A stretch of DNA of 63,415 nt, the filler included, from Stramenopiles sp. TOSAG23-2 (taxonomy: Eukaryota): NCBI GenBank assembly GCA_900128395.1. It is 9 parts of 9 records of this genome, joined end to end, with 100 filler letters (N's around TTAATTAATTAA, not from the genome) between each part and the next. Parts side by side here need not be neighbours in the genome. Positions count along the whole stretch, not along the records: positions 60,366 to 61,840 come from LT652831.1; positions 61,941 to 63,415 come from LT652832.1; 7 more parts are not named here. One strand, 5' to 3'. This document shows positions 60,366 through 63,415 of the stretch, piece by piece (positions within the stretch are counted from its first letter, which is position 1; each line of letters starts with the position of its first letter). A model generated the notes under the pieces. That model did no database searches. It was given only the letters and a program-made list of their open reading frames with translations, and had not been told where the DNA came from. The translations under genes and the position numbers were made by a program.

Positions 60366-61113
60366 GCTCGGGCCCTGTTTGTTCATTAACCCACAATGAG
60401 ATAGATGAGTAATTTTTCCAAAATATGTCTTCGATTACCTCAGTAGGCGCGCATTTTTGTTTGGACGATGATGGGTAGAAATGACAAGGTAAAATAGTGA
60501 TTTCAACTGCTGTATACACTACATCTTCATACGTACCAACAACTTCTTCGCTGTCAAGGCAATATCCATATCTTTCATTGCTGTGCCTTTTCAAGCTACA
60601 TTTTGTAGGCGATAGTTTCACTTTCTTTTCGCAGTCATTGGAATAATATTTATGATTTTCGTCACATTGTTCAGATTCATAAATTGTTACATGGTTTGCT
60701 ACAACTGTATAATAAGCCGGGTTGTACATAAAAGGTTTTTCACCTATTGAATTATCTGGGGATATAAACAATTTTGGCGTTTTAAACGAAATATCTGGCC
60801 ATTCTCCTGTAGCTTCAAATGTATGCTTGTCTATTTTTATTTCATTGATGGGTTTTATATCCCTATTGATTTGTATTTGTCCCTCGACAGCATTAAAAAC
60901 TAATTGTATAAAACCTTGTAAAACAAACAATCCTGCTAGTATTGTTAAACATCCACCGATCGATGAGCTATGCCTAAAAGCTGGTTCATCATATCCAAAG
61001 ATGTCAACCCTTTTCATGTTATTTTGCATTAATGCTAATGCATTTTTGCTTTTTGTTGTGTCTTTCCCCTTATTTCTACCACAACAGTTGAAAGATTCTC
61101 CTACGGCATGCAT
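60366..61113 (-). CDS. Uncharacterised protist membrane protein, 3'-partial
   Basis: KRVDIFG...SSIGGCLTIL-TM header followed by a Cys-containing luminal domain. Confidence 0.65.
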
Positions 61114-62400
61114 CTTTTCTCTTTATGCTTTGTATTTTTTTGTTCACGGTTGCGGCTACTGTATGAAAGTAACGCAAGACAACAGAAATGCAAATCCGTT
61201 CGCATATTTTATATAATACCAACGTATATCCCGCATATACATGTGCACTCCTACATGTGCACTCCCAGCACTCATGTTTTTCTAATATATATGCATGTAC
61301 ATATATATATTTCGAAATTATATTGTTTTTCACTGACCCGGCAATTAATTGGACAATTTTCGGTATTTATAATTTTTCAGTATACTTAAACACTATACTT
61401 TACCCATCAAATACACAAATTAATCCGAAACCCAAAACTCACGCCAACACGATATATACACCATTGAAAACTTGAAAACTTGAAAAACCGATTAAATTAT
61501 GTATTTGATAGGTAAATATACCGTTTAAGTATACTAAAAAACATTTATTCACACGAAAATTGTCACAATAATGGCCGATGAAAGGAGAAAGGAGTTTGAT
61601 CGAGTTTGGCATGGAAATAGCATTGTAATATAGTTGTGTAGTAGGGTTTCATATGTTCCGAAATTGATCGAAATGATAGTCGCGGAACCACACGACGCTT
61701 AGCTAAATAGATGCGATAGAAATAGTATTTTGTTCCATTTATGAAATATTTCGGGAGTATAGAAATAAAAAAAAAAAGAAGTGCAAAAGCAACAACCGTT
61801 ATCCAAAAAATAAATTGAAATAAATATATATATATACCTANNNNNNNNNNNNNNNNNNNNNNNNNNNNNNNNNNNNNNNNNNNNTTAATTAATTAANNNN
61901 NNNNNNNNNNNNNNNNNNNNNNNNNNNNNNNNNNNNNNNNATATATATATAAGATGCAAATTGTTAAATATAAATATGTGAATGATTTTTCTGGTGAATA
62001 AAATTGTAAGGAGTTAAAATCTCTTTTACGACATTCTATAAACTTCTACACATATGTCAATATATAATTTATATTTCTTTTATCCTGATTTATTCATTTT
62101 TACCTGTACATTTTGATTTTTACATGCGTAAAACGCCGCGGTTTATAACCCTAATCCCACCACACATGGTTTAACGGAATGGCTTTAGTGTACGAAATGA
62201 TAGGGGAAATCCATACTTATGTGGAACCAATCACCACCAAATTGATCACATCCAAAAAGCCTTTCGCGTGCTTTCCAGCTTTCCATCAGCTAGCTAGTCG
62301 AGACCCTCGCCTCTTCGCTTACTGGCTTACCATCTGTATTGACTTTCCAGCCTTTTCCAGCACTCCAGCACTCACTATAACTACCACTGGTGGTAATTAC

Positions 62401-63414
62401 TCAGAAGGGATGATGTAAATAAATCGTCGTTCCTACTAATTTTAAATGATACGTATTGCAATTGTATTTCGATGTCAATCCTTTCCCAGATCGTAAATCA
62501 AAGGAAAATAAATGTTGAGGGCATGATACCATTGGCCATGGTTCCACTGTTGTTGAATTTTTCCTCCCGCCATTACTATTTTTTGTACTACTATCAGTAT
62601 CCACCGCCAATACATTTGCAAAATCTTCAATATCTCCTTTATCTAAATCACCACCTAAATGTGGACAAGTTGCTTGTATGGCATAAAATTTACCACGAAC
62701 ATAAAATATACATACGTCATCTTTCTTATTACCCATTGAAACACGATGTGCTGCTCTCCAATTTTCTTCTTTGTCATCTTTAAAAAAAAGTTTCTTTTCT
62801 TCCTTTGTTTGTAATTTAAAATAATTTCCAACGAAAACTGGGAAATCAGTATTAATATCACAAATTGGTATGAAATCTTTTGGTATCATCATTTCCATAA
62901 ATTCATTTGAAATAACTCCTTCATTTAAACCTTTGCCAAAAATAAATATTTTCGTCCCATTTAAATCTAATAAAGATGAATCTTTTGCATATAAAAAATT
63001 ATCAAAATTTGTCATTGTTTTCTTTTTATTATCATTTACGTTATTAACAGCATCATCATCCACAATAACATTACTAGCTTTTTCATTGTTGTTATTTTTA
63101 TTCTTAATTGGATATACTTTTAAACCGGTAACAAATGATCCTTCACAATAATAATTTCCAACATAATTTTGTTCTACTTGATATGATGAAGAAGTGCCAT
63201 TATTATTATTATTATTGGAAACAATTAAATCTTCTTCTGCACCAACAGCAAAATAACCTTTTATACGAAAAACTGGATTCGTTATATCTAATAACATTTT
63301 TTCCAACCATGGAAGAATTTTACTCATATAAACACAACCTTTTTCAACTAAACAAATACTTTGATATGTACGATCATGTCCTTTCATTCTTACGATACTT
63401 TTTAATTTTTGAAA
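62401..63414 (-). CDS. Rieske [2Fe-2S] domain protein, probably 5'-partial
   Basis: FYAIQATCPHLGG and VSCPQHLFSFDLRSG; frame open to the window edge. Confidence 0.8.
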   Translation of the reverse strand, partial: FQKLKSIVRMKGHDRTYQSICLVEKGCVYMSKILPWLEKMLLDITNPVFRIKGYFAVGAEEDLIVSNNNNNNGTSSSYQVEQNYVGNYYCEGSFVTGLKVYPIKNKNNNNEKASNVIVDDDAVNNVNDNKKKTMTNFDNFLYAKDSSLLDLNGTKIFIFGKGLNEGVISNEFMEMMIPKDFIPICDINTDFPVFVGNYFKLQTKEEKKLFFKDDKEENWRAAHRVSMGNKKDDVCIFYVRGKFYAIQATCPHLGGDLDKGDIEDFANVLAVDTDSSTKNSNGGRKNSTTVEPWPMVSCPQHLFSFDLRSGKGLTSKYNCNTYHLKLVGTTIYLHHPF

Positions 63415-63415
63415 T

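Noticed and set aside
11376..61940. Recurrent TTAATTAATTAA palindrome within N runs
   Set aside because: Artificial linker between size-sorted contigs; ORFs ending in it and gene neighbourhoods across it are not biological

Overview
AT-rich, intron-poor nuclear DNA of a flagellated microbial eukaryote (stramenopile-like by gene content; inference). The window is not one locus. Nine contigs of non-increasing length (11375, 11339, 11336, 11336, 11328, 1476, 1475, 1475, 1475 bp) are joined by 100-bp N44-TTAATTAATTAA-N44 linkers, so adjacency across linkers means nothing. Ordinary genes include an AspH/TPR hydroxylase, a multi-EF-hand protein, an NCoR/Snt1-like SANT protein, a folate-receptor-like protein, ankyrin proteins, an SLC13 transporter, a GT64-like protein, a Rieske protein, and dynein, CEP104 and myosin fragments. 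Highlights: (1) contig 2 (11476-22814) resembles a conflict/immunity island. It carries an NLR-like protein with 20 near-identical WD40 repeats that vary at about 6 codons, a ubiquitin-like x3 / virus-type N6-adenine DNA methyltransferase polyprotein with GG cleavage sites and an S27a-like basic motif, and a gene with a peptidase S74 (MYRF/tail-fibre) autocleavage domain. (2) A PDI-like selenoprotein (WUGHC) with a clear SECIS, which the ORF track truncates. (3) Five adjacent ORFs that splice into one ~3000-aa LRR/barrel-domain protein, with TACTAAC in three of four introns. (4) A virus-like stand-alone thymidylate synthase followed by a perfect 59-bp palindrome. (5) Many local duplications, a templated inverted insertion and MITE-like inverted repeats.
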